From a virus: a DNA stretch of 64,000 nucleotides. Shown piece after piece: positions 37,268 through 45,355 of this stretch (position 1 is the stretch's first letter; each line of letters opens with the position of its first letter). The position numbers were made by a program, and so were the translations under genes. The notes below the pieces were generated by a model. That model saw nothing but the letters and a program-made list of their open reading frames with translations, ran no database searches and was not told the DNA's origin. The DNA is taken from the IMG/VR virus record IMGVR_UViG_3300034175_000063, positions 1 through 64,000 of that record. One strand, given 5' to 3'.

Positions 37268-38272
37268 ATGACGCAAGCGCGCTATATCAATACCTCATCC
37301 GTACCCCTGTCGATGGCGGTCTTTCTGGCCACCGACAACTACGACCACGACGAGAAGACCATCTCGGCCACTTCCCTGATCAAGCCCCTGCGTCAGCTCA
37401 TCCTGGGCGGCCGCGTGCCGCAAGAACTCAGCCTGCCTGACCTGGTGGGCATGGTTGCCTCCCGCGTCGGCTCGGCCATCCACGATGGTATCGAACGCAG
37501 CTGGCTGCACAACCACAAGCGCGCCATGGCAGCGTTGGGCTACCCTCAACGCGTCATCGACCTGGTGGTGATCAACCCCACCAAGGAACAGCTGGCCGCC
37601 AACCCGGACCTGATCCCGGTGTACCTGGAACAGCGTGCACAGAAGCAGGTCGGCAACTACCTCGTGTCCGGCAAGTTCGACTTCGTTGGCCAAGGCCGGC
37701 TGGAGGACTTCAAGACCACCGGCACCTACTCGGCCATGTCCGGATCGAACGACGCCAAGTACATCCTGCAGGGCAGCATCTACCGCTGGCTCAACCCCGA
37801 CATCATCACCGATGACGAGATGAGCATCCAGTTCATCTTCACCGACTGGTCGGCGATGCAGGCCCGGCAGAATCCGAATTATCCGCAGAGCCGAATCCAA
37901 GAGCGCAAGCTCAAGCTGCTCAGCATCGAAGAGACGGATCGCTTCGTTCGCCAGAAGCTGTCGGACTTTGATGACCTGGTGGACCAGGACGAAGCGCAGC
38001 TGCCGCTGTGCACGGACGAAGAGCTGTGGCGCACCGAGCCAGTCTTCAAGTGGTACAAAAATCACACCCTGGAAACGGTGGCCTCGGCCGCCAAGTCGAC
38101 CAAGAATTTCGACACCGAGCTCGAAGCTCGCACCCACATGCTGACCATCGGCAAAGGGGCGGGCGTCGTCGTCACCAAACCTGGCCAGGTCAACGCCTGC
38201 AAGTATTGCCCAGGGTTCGCCGTCTGCTCGCAGAAGGATGCACTCATTGCAGCCGGCGACCTGGTACTCTAA
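37268..38272 (+). CDS. PD-(D/E)xK exonuclease (N4 gp42-like)
   Basis: GSAIHD, EQR...SGKFD...DFKTT, Q.SIY, CKYC..C. Confidence 0.8.
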   Translation: MTQARYINTSSVPLSMAVFLATDNYDHDEKTISATSLIKPLRQLILGGRVPQELSLPDLVGMVASRVGSAIHDGIERSWLHNHKRAMAALGYPQRVIDLVVINPTKEQLAANPDLIPVYLEQRAQKQVGNYLVSGKFDFVGQGRLEDFKTTGTYSAMSGSNDAKYILQGSIYRWLNPDIITDDEMSIQFIFTDWSAMQARQNPNYPQSRIQERKLKLLSIEETDRFVRQKLSDFDDLVDQDEAQLPLCTDEELWRTEPVFKWYKNHTLETVASAAKSTKNFDTELEARTHMLTIGKGAGVVVTKPGQVNACKYCPGFAVCSQKDALIAAGDLVL

Positions 38273-38284
38273 AAGGAATCCCGC

Positions 38285-40450
38285 ATGAAAACCACTGATG
38301 AAATGGCCTTCCATCCGATCTCGGAAAAGCTGGTCGACATCCTGTGCAACAAGACGCAGAACCAGAACCCATTGTTCTTCCGGGTGCTGGTCGGCTACTA
38401 CTTCAGCATGATCGCATCGTCGATGCGCACCACGATCGTTACCCACGACCGCGGCGACATCCCGGTCAACATGTACGCCCTGAACCTGGGCACATCCGGA
38501 TCCGGCAAAGGCTTCTCGACGAACATCATCGAAAACGAAGTCATCAACCGCTTCCGGAATCGCTTTCTTGAAGAAACGTTCCCACTGCTGGCCGAGCAGA
38601 ACCTGCCCAAGCTGGCAGTGAAGCGCGCGGCCCGCAAGAGCGTCGATCCGGAAGAGGAACTCGTTCGCGTGCAGAAGGAATTCGATGAGCTGGGCACTCT
38701 GGTGTTCAGCTTCGACTCCGGCACGCCGGCCGCCATCAAGCAGATGCGGCACAAGCTGCTGATGGCTGATGCCGGCAGCGTCAACCTGCAGATCGACGAG
38801 ATCGGTTCTAACCTGTTGGCCAGCGTCGACGTGCTCAACACCTACCTTGAACTGTACGACGTCGGCCGCATCAAGACGAAGCTGATCAAGAACACGGCGG
38901 AGAACAAGCGCAACGAAGAGATCCCCGGCCAGACGCCCACCAACATGATGTTGTTCGGCACGCCGGCCAAGCTGCTCAACGGCGGCAAGGTCGAGGAAGA
39001 GCTGTACTCGATGCTGGAAACCGGCTACGCACGTCGCTGCTTCTTCGGCTACAGCAAAGCCAGTGACCAACCGAAGAAGCTGACGCCGAAGGAAATCTAC
39101 GACCAGCTGACCGACAAGTCGTCGAACACCTGGATGGAAGACCTGGCCGACCGGCTCGATCAGCTGGCCGACATCATCAACGTCAACAAGCGCCTGGTCA
39201 TGACGCTCGATACATCATTGCTGGTGATCGAGTACAAGACGAAGTGCGAAGAGATGGCCAACCTGCTGCCTGAGCACGAAGAGATCAAGAAAGCCGAGAT
39301 CTCCCACCGCTATTTCAAGGCATTGAAGCTGGCCGGCGCCTACGCCTTCATCGACGATTCGCCGATCCTCACCGACGACCATTTCTACAATGCCGTCAAG
39401 CTGGCCGAGGAATCCGGAGAGGCGTTCGACAAGCTGCTCACCCGTGACCGCAACTACGTCAAGCTGGCCAAGTATCTGGGCTCCGTGCAACGCGAAGTCA
39501 CCCAGGCCGACCTGGTGGAAGACCTGCCGTTTTACCGCGGCGCGTCGGGCCAGAAGACCGAGATGCTGACCCTGGCCACAGCCTGGGGCTACAAGAACAG
39601 CATCATCATCAAGAAGTCGTTCAGCGATGGCATCGAATTCCTGCGGGGCGAAACCCTGAAGGAAAGCCATATCGACAGCATGATCGTGGCCTACAGCTCG
39701 GACATCACCGAGAACTACAGCAACGAGCGTGCCCCGTTCGACAAGCTGTTCAAGCTGACCCAGGCGCCGGGCATGCACTGGACGTCGCACCATCTAGTGG
39801 GCGGCTACCGCAACGAAGAGAATGCGATCCCTGGCTTCAATATGATCGTCATCGACGTTGATGGTACAGCCAACCTGAGCACCGTCAAGATGCTCATGGC
39901 TCAGCACAAGTTCATGATCTACACGACCAAGCGGCACACGGCAATTGAAAACCGTTTCCGCCTGATCATGCCGATCAATTACGAGCTGAAGATGGACGCC
40001 AAGGACTTCAAGGAGTTCATGGCCAACATCTTTGAATGGCTGCCGTTTGAAGTCGACGCGGCGACCAATCAGCGTGCTCGCAAGTGGATGAGCTGTGCCC
40101 AGGCGCTCGACGGTACTGATGGCCATTACGAATACAACGAAGGGGAGATTCTCGACGCCCTGCCGTTCATTCCGAAAACCAGCAAGAACGAAGAGCGTAA
40201 GCAGCTGCTGCAGGACCAGCAGGGCATGGACAACCTGGAACGCTGGGTCATGAACAACATCGGCGACGGCAATCGTAATAACATGCTGCTCCGTTATGCG
40301 ATGATCCTGGTGGATGCCGGCTTCCAAATGGAGCCGATTCGCCAGAAGGTGATGCACCTGAACGAACGCATCGCCGACAAGCTCGACGAAGCCGAGATCA
40401 TGAGCACCATCATGGTGTCCATCGCCAAGGCCATCGCCAAGATGCCATAG
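38285..40450 (+). CDS. N4 gp43-like DNA primase (P-loop plus primase C-terminal region)
   Basis: GTSGSGKG, IDEIG, IVIDVDG, YTTKRH, GNRNNMLLRYA; N4 synteny. Confidence 0.85.
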   Translation: MKTTDEMAFHPISEKLVDILCNKTQNQNPLFFRVLVGYYFSMIASSMRTTIVTHDRGDIPVNMYALNLGTSGSGKGFSTNIIENEVINRFRNRFLEETFPLLAEQNLPKLAVKRAARKSVDPEEELVRVQKEFDELGTLVFSFDSGTPAAIKQMRHKLLMADAGSVNLQIDEIGSNLLASVDVLNTYLELYDVGRIKTKLIKNTAENKRNEEIPGQTPTNMMLFGTPAKLLNGGKVEEELYSMLETGYARRCFFGYSKASDQPKKLTPKEIYDQLTDKSSNTWMEDLADRLDQLADIINVNKRLVMTLDTSLLVIEYKTKCEEMANLLPEHEEIKKAEISHRYFKALKLAGAYAFIDDSPILTDDHFYNAVKLAEESGEAFDKLLTRDRNYVKLAKYLGSVQREVTQADLVEDLPFYRGASGQKTEMLTLATAWGYKNSIIIKKSFSDGIEFLRGETLKESHIDSMIVAYSSDITENYSNERAPFDKLFKLTQAPGMHWTSHHLVGGYRNEENAIPGFNMIVIDVDGTANLSTVKMLMAQHKFMIYTTKRHTAIENRFRLIMPINYELKMDAKDFKEFMANIFEWLPFEVDAATNQRARKWMSCAQALDGTDGHYEYNEGEILDALPFIPKTSKNEERKQLLQDQQGMDNLERWVMNNIGDGNRNNMLLRYAMILVDAGFQMEPIRQKVMHLNERIADKLDEAEIMSTIMVSIAKAIAKMP

Positions 40451-40492
40451 TCATAAAGCGCAGGCGCCCTCCGGGCGCTTCTTCGACAATCT

Positions 40493-40519
40493 AGCAGGGC
40501 CGTTCGGTCCTGCTTTTTT
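40493..40519 (+). terminator. Intrinsic terminator
   Basis: AGCAGGGCC-GTTC-GGTCCTGCT followed by a T-tract. Confidence 0.7.
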
Positions 40520-40535
40520 CACCTTTGGAGATCCA

Positions 40536-41273
40536 ATGTCCCAACAACAAATCAATGACAACCTCGTGCTCATCGGCGGCAAATCCGCCACGGGCAAGTC
40601 GGCATCATTGCGTCTGCTCGAGAACCCAGAAGGCGTCGCCTACTGCAACTGCGAGAGCGGCAAAAAGCTGCCCTTCAAGTCCAAGTTCCGCGAGTTCGTC
40701 ATCACCGACCCGCTGCAGATCATCGAAGTCTTCGATTGGCTGGAGCAGCCGGAGCAAGCCCGCTATCACACGGTCGTCATCGACACGCTGACCTATCTGC
40801 TCGACATGTACGTCTCGATGTACGTCGCACCGCTGGCCGACGGGCGTGCCGCCTGGGGCCAGTTCGCTCAGTATTTCAAAAACCTGATGCAGCAGAAAGT
40901 CGCGGCCTGCTCGAAGAACGTGATCTTCCTGGCCCACACCCTGGAAACGATGAACGAAGGTGAAATGATCATGGAGACGAAAGTCCCTGTTCAAGGTTCA
41001 CTGAAGAACAACGGCATTGAGTCGTTCTTCTCCTGCGTTCTGTCGACCAAGAAGATGACCATCAAGGCATTGAAGGAGTTCGACAATCCTTTGCTGGTGA
41101 TCACCGAGGAAGAACAGGCTTTGGGGTACAAACATGTATTCCAGACCCGTTTGACCAAAGAAACGAAGGACGAGCGCCTTCGTGGCCCGATGGGCATGTG
41201 GTCGGTGAAGGAAACTTACATCGACAACAATATGCAGCTGGTGTTGAACCGCCTGCACGAATACTACGCTTGA
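40536..41273 (+). CDS. AAA_24/Sak4-like ATPase (N4 gp44-like)
   Basis: GKSATGKS, VVIDTLT, IFLAH; directly upstream of SSB. Confidence 0.8.
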   Translation: MSQQQINDNLVLIGGKSATGKSASLRLLENPEGVAYCNCESGKKLPFKSKFREFVITDPLQIIEVFDWLEQPEQARYHTVVIDTLTYLLDMYVSMYVAPLADGRAAWGQFAQYFKNLMQQKVAACSKNVIFLAHTLETMNEGEMIMETKVPVQGSLKNNGIESFFSCVLSTKKMTIKALKEFDNPLLVITEEEQALGYKHVFQTRLTKETKDERLRGPMGMWSVKETYIDNNMQLVLNRLHEYYA

Positions 41274-41298
41274 ACCGCGTAGAGTTCTGTAATACACT
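41270..41298 (+). promoter_or_regulatory. Putative sigma70-like promoter upstream of SSB
   Basis: TTGAAC-17 nt-TACACT. Confidence 0.45.
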
Positions 41299-41390
41299 GT
41301 TCAATTCCACCGAACACCGTTGAGTTGAGCAGAGCTTCACCAGTCTGCAACACCCACCCATTCCCAATTTATTTCTACAAGGAAACACAA

Positions 41391-42161
41391 ATGAACATGC
41401 TCGCAAATCTGAAACTCGCTGACGGCGTTGACGGTGAAGAAAAAGACGTCCTCGGCGGTGGCCGCGGTCCCCTGGAGTCGGACGCATACCCTGCGACGAT
41501 CACCATGGCCTACATGAGCGAATCCGAAGGCGGCGCCACGGCCCTGAACATCACGGCCATGACCGAAGACGGCAAGGAAATTCGCGGCGCCATCTACGTG
41601 ACCTCGGGCCGTGCCAAAGGCCAGAAGACCACGTACGAAAAGGACGGCAAGACCTATCCGCTGCCTGGCTTCCTGCTGGTCAACAGCCTGTGCCAGCTGG
41701 CCACCGGCAAGGAAATCTCGCAGCTGGAAACCGAAGAAAAGGTCATCAAGCTGTACAACTTCGACGCCAAGGCTGAAGTCCCAACCAAGGTGCCTGTCGT
41801 TGTCGAGCTGCTGCAGAAGCAGATCGTCATCGGCCTGCTCAAGCAGACCGTGGACAAGTCGGCCAAGAACGACGCCGGCGTCTACGTGGCCACGGGCGAA
41901 ACCCGCGAAGAGAACGAGATCGACAAGTTCTTCTGCGCGCGTGACGGCTTTGAAAACCTGACGCTGACCGAAGTGAAGACCAAGGCAGCTGGTGGCGAAA
42001 TCGAAAAGCCATTCCACGCCGACTGGGTTGAAAAGAACAAAGGCCAGACCCGCAACAAAGCCAAGGGCGCTGCAGGTGGCGGCACGGCCGGTGCTCCAGG
42101 CAAAGCAGGCGCCGCGGCAGCAGGTGGCACTGCCAAGCCGAAGAGCTCGCTGTTCGGTTAA
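41391..42161 (+). CDS. ssb: Single-stranded DNA-binding protein (N4 gp45-like)
   Basis: N4 synteny; YPLPGF, LYNFDAKAEVPT, ENEIDKFF; Gly/Ala tail ending SLFG. Confidence 0.85.
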   Translation: MNMLANLKLADGVDGEEKDVLGGGRGPLESDAYPATITMAYMSESEGGATALNITAMTEDGKEIRGAIYVTSGRAKGQKTTYEKDGKTYPLPGFLLVNSLCQLATGKEISQLETEEKVIKLYNFDAKAEVPTKVPVVVELLQKQIVIGLLKQTVDKSAKNDAGVYVATGETREENEIDKFFCARDGFENLTLTEVKTKAAGGEIEKPFHADWVEKNKGQTRNKAKGAAGGGTAGAPGKAGAAAAGGTAKPKSSLFG

Positions 42162-42206
42162 GCATCAAGAAGCACCCGGCCAGCAATGGCTGGCTGGTAG
42201 TTCAAG

Positions 42207-42232
42207 GTGCCCCAGAATACCGGGGCATTTTT
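42207..42232 (+). terminator. Intrinsic terminator after SSB
   Basis: GTGCCCC-N8-GGGGCAT followed by a T-tract. Confidence 0.6.
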
Positions 42233-42248
42233 CACCCCACGAGGAATC

Positions 42249-42584
42249 ATGGATAACGACCAGAAGACCGAACACGCCATTCAGCGTGCCGGCATGACAG
42301 CCCCCCGTATCACCCCCGATCAGGTCAATGATCTGATGGCTCGCGTCCACATCGACACCACGGTGTTGCCGGGCACGACCACCACGATCGGTTCCGCGAA
42401 CCTGGTCAGCAAGGATGGCAAGCGCACCTTCTGCCTGGCGATCGGCCACTCGGCCTGCGTCAGCCCGGAAAATTTCAGCGCCTCCATCGGTGCCGACATC
42501 GCCACCAGCAAAGCAACGCAGATGGCCAAGGACAAGCTGTGGGAACTCCTCGGCTTCGGCCTGTTCCAGGGGATGGACAAATGA
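42249..42584 (+). CDS. Phage_gp49_66 family protein (N4 gp49/Sf6 gp66-like)
   Basis: APRITPDQV...GHSACVSPENF...IG..IA...A.DKLWELLGF. Confidence 0.8.
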   Translation: MDNDQKTEHAIQRAGMTAPRITPDQVNDLMARVHIDTTVLPGTTTTIGSANLVSKDGKRTFCLAIGHSACVSPENFSASIGADIATSKATQMAKDKLWELLGFGLFQGMDK

Positions 42585-43177
42585 GCCTGCACCCTACCCG
42601 CCGCCCATTCGAGGCCCGCGTGATCGCAGAAAAATCCGAGCTCGACGTCCGCCTGTTCTCTCTGGAACAGTTCTTCCTGAGCGACCAGTTCACCAAGGTC
42701 GACGAACCAGAACAGTGGCGCTTGAAGCGTCAGTTCACGGCCATGGCCGAATACGCCAAGATCCTGGGCGAACGTATTGCAGCGTTCACCCCGGTTGAAC
42801 CGGTCACCAATCTCGACAACCCTGGCCCGCGTGGCCATGAGAAGTCGATCCCGGTGACCGAGCTCAATCCGGAACTGGCCGGCACGGCGTTGTTCAAGGA
42901 AGAAGTCCCGATCGGCGCCAAGCCAATCGAAGACATCGACACCTTCGCCATGATGGTCGACCAGTGGCACGGTAAGTGTATGGAGCAGGGCAACCGCCTG
43001 CTCGAGATCCCTGAAGGCACCGAGGTGACCGTTGAAAACCATGCGGAGCCGGGCAAGGTCATCCAGATGAACCTGGACGGCCCCTACCTACATGTGTTCC
43101 GTGTCGGCGTCGAGTCGGCCCTGAACGTGTTCAAGGATCTCCCTTTCGGCGCCAGCCTGGAAGACGCACCGCAATGA
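42581..43177 (+). CDS. Two-domain protein: crAss001_48/Y16Q-like N-terminus plus an N4-like conserved C-terminal domain
   Basis: RVIAEKSELDVRL..L..F...Q...M..Y..IL.ERI, a Pro-rich linker, then a second domain ending DLPF. Confidence 0.65.
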   Translation: MSLHPTRRPFEARVIAEKSELDVRLFSLEQFFLSDQFTKVDEPEQWRLKRQFTAMAEYAKILGERIAAFTPVEPVTNLDNPGPRGHEKSIPVTELNPELAGTALFKEEVPIGAKPIEDIDTFAMMVDQWHGKCMEQGNRLLEIPEGTEVTVENHAEPGKVIQMNLDGPYLHVFRVGVESALNVFKDLPFGASLEDAPQ

Positions 43178-43749
43178 GCCTGATCCGCGTGGTCGGCTTC
43201 GACCCATCACTGCGGAATTGGGGTGTGGCCAAGGGCAACATCGACATGGAAAAGGGCGTTCTCGTCCTCGATCATGTCGACGTCATCCAGCCCAGTCTTC
43301 CCACCGGCAAGCAGGTTCGTCAGAACTCGCTGGACCTGGAGGCAGCCAACCAGCTCGCATCCATGGCCCTGAGCTTCGCAAAGGGCGCCCAGGCGATCTT
43401 TGTCGAAGTCCCGGTAGGAAGTCAGTCCGCTCGCGCGATGGCCTCCTATGGCATCTGTGTGGGCGTCCTGGGGGCATTGCGGGCCACAGGCATTCCCTTC
43501 TTCGAGGTCACCCCGACCGAGGTGAAGCTGATTGCACGAAATCGCAATGCCACCAAGCTCGAGATGATCGAGTGGGCAATGGCCCAGCACCCTGAAGCAC
43601 CCTGGCCGATGTTCAAGCAGAACGGCGTCGTTCAGGTGAGCCAGGCAAAGGCCGAACACATGGCCGATGCCACCGCCGCCATTTATGCCGGCGTCCGCAC
43701 CACCAGCTTCAAACAGTCGCTGCATCTGATGCAATTCAGGTCAGCATAA
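43174..43749 (+). CDS. RuvC-like Holliday junction resolvase
   Basis: VVGFDPSLRNWGV, FVEVP, ATK..M, HMADA. Confidence 0.85.
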   Translation: MSLIRVVGFDPSLRNWGVAKGNIDMEKGVLVLDHVDVIQPSLPTGKQVRQNSLDLEAANQLASMALSFAKGAQAIFVEVPVGSQSARAMASYGICVGVLGALRATGIPFFEVTPTEVKLIARNRNATKLEMIEWAMAQHPEAPWPMFKQNGVVQVSQAKAEHMADATAAIYAGVRTTSFKQSLHLMQFRSA

Positions 43750-43781
43750 TTTAATCGCAGCACCGTCCTAAAGAGAGTCTC

Positions 43782-44378
43782 ATGAACATTACCCTCAAAC
43801 AAGCTGACATCGAAAAGGCAGTTCGCCTGTACATCGAGCGTCAGGGCTTCCACCTGCTGAACAAAACCCTGTCCATCGACTTCTCGATGGGTCGCGGTGA
43901 GAACGGCTTGTCGGCGATCCTGACCATCGAAGACGCGGTGACCATCCCTGGCTACACCGACCAGACCGATCCGGTTGCTGGTATCAGCGCCGGCCCTTCG
44001 GCTGCAGTGCAAGCTCTGGCCGCGGCCGTCAGCCTGCCGGCAACCGAAACGGTCAAGCCGACCCAGCCTGAAGGGCTGACCAAGCGCGCAGCCGATCAGG
44101 TCATCCTGCCAGGCGGCGGTGAAGTCAAGCCAATGCTGAAAGCAGCGGCCGATCCGGATCCTGTCGCGGTTGTCGTTGACGAAGTGGTCGAAGTGGCCAA
44201 GGTCGCACCGGCCACGCTGGCTGAAGTCGCTGAAGCCGGCATCGCCGTTGCTGCAGTGGCCACGCAGGAAACCGAAGCGGCCGCGGCTGCTCCAGTTGCT
44301 GAAGCCAAGGTTGCTGAAGCTGCTCCAGCTCCAGTCGCCGAAGCACAAGCGAAACCGACCACCTCGCTGTTCGGTTAA
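43782..44378 (+). CDS. Hypothetical protein with an Ala/Glu-rich tail ending SLFG
   Basis: Folded N-terminus of ~50 aa plus a low-complexity linker. Confidence 0.75.
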   Translation: MNITLKQADIEKAVRLYIERQGFHLLNKTLSIDFSMGRGENGLSAILTIEDAVTIPGYTDQTDPVAGISAGPSAAVQALAAAVSLPATETVKPTQPEGLTKRAADQVILPGGGEVKPMLKAAADPDPVAVVVDEVVEVAKVAPATLAEVAEAGIAVAAVATQETEAAAAAPVAEAKVAEAAPAPVAEAQAKPTTSLFG

Positions 44379-44384
44379 TCGCCC

Positions 44385-44561
44385 ATGAATGTCCTCAAGT
44401 GGTTTGGCTGCGTCATTGCAGCCATCCTCTTGGTGGCAATCGTGATTGGCGTATATGCGTTCATCCACATCATCATCGCGGTCGTGACCGTGGTGTTCCT
44501 GGTGTGGATGGCTGCCATCGGCATTCGCGCTTACTTCAAGAGCCGACCGCGTAAAATGTAA
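44385..44561 (+). CDS. Small membrane protein (58 aa, not in ORF track)
   Basis: MNVLKWFGCVIAAILLVAIVIGVYAFIHIIIAVVTVVFLVWMAAIGIRAYFKSRPRKM. Confidence 0.7.
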   Translation: MNVLKWFGCVIAAILLVAIVIGVYAFIHIIIAVVTVVFLVWMAAIGIRAYFKSRPRKM

Positions 44562-44565
44562 TTCG

Positions 44566-45310
44566 CTGCCCACCACCCAGATAGGCTGGGGGCAGATTCA
44601 ACAGGATGGGGCACATCTACCTTCAAAAGACCGAAGGGCACGGGCGGGAACCCATTGTGGCGTGCTCCACCCTGTTGATGCAGGTCTTGTTAGTCGGCTG
44701 GACGACAATCCGTCCGTGAGTTCTTGTAACCTGGTGTGAAGCCGGGGAACAGCCACTTCACCTACGAGGTTCTGATCTGAAACGCTTGTGACCCCTGATA
44801 CGGGCATGGTTTAGCGCATCCATAAAACAGAGCATCAACACGTTAAGCAGCCCCGCGTCAGTGGGCAGCACCAACACCCGAGCGCCGGGACGGAGTAGGC
44901 CAGGAAATTTGTGGCCGAAACGTAGTCCCGCTACCTGTAGTCAAGGCAGGTCGCTCCGGTGTTGGAGATGGTGTAAGGCGCAAGCTGGCTGCGATGAAAG
45001 ACCTGGGCTATTCCCCAGCGTGAAATAAGCACGTCCAGAGGACCGGGTTCGATTCCCGGTATTCAACTAGAGGTATGCGGTTCGAGTCCGCTCGCTGGCC
45101 GAGATTAGGTAAATGCCATAGGGGTTCGAGTCCCCTTGCCCGGTAGCTTTATGCTTTACGGGACACGGGTGGGAGGCGGCTTGTAGTAGAATCACCGAGC
45201 AGCGGACAAGTCCAGTCCATCGTGAGGGTAGGCCAGCTGGCATCCCAAGCAATAGCGTAAACAAGACCGTGGGGAGGGTGCAACATAGTTCCACGTTAAG
45301 CTACAGTGCA
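44566..45310 (+). ncRNA. Candidate large structured ncRNA (possibly GOLLD-like) with three tRNA-type T-arms
   Basis: No credible ORF over ~790 nt; long stems 44598-44614/44662-44678 and 44871-44884/44952-44965; three G-TTCGANT-C hairpins; AGTA/GAA motif; ends at a terminator. Confidence 0.7.
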
Positions 45311-45315
45311 TCATT

Positions 45316-45352
45316 AAAGCCCCGGTCCTCCTCACAGAGTCCGGGGCTTTTC
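45316..45352. terminator. Likely bidirectional terminator between the ncRNA region and vRNAP
   Basis: AAAGCCCCGG...CCGGGGCTTT inverted repeat with A- and T-rich ends. Confidence 0.8.
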
Positions 45353-45355
45353 TCA

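Noticed and set aside
44886-44930. Hammerhead ribozyme (GGCC...GGCC-GAAAC)
   Set aside because: The required CTGANGA core is absent; the site fits a loop-E-like motif better
44961-45146. Complete tRNA genes or tmRNA
   Set aside because: T-arms are present, but I found no convincing D-arm/anticodon/7-bp acceptor arrangement, no CCA ends and no tmRNA acceptor ends or tag frame; the 5' GTTGG also pairs better in the 44871/44965 stem
44598-45294. Short minus-strand ORFs 44598-44807 and 45067-45294
   Set aside because: Non-ATG or unsupported starts and atypical composition; the region is better explained as structured RNA
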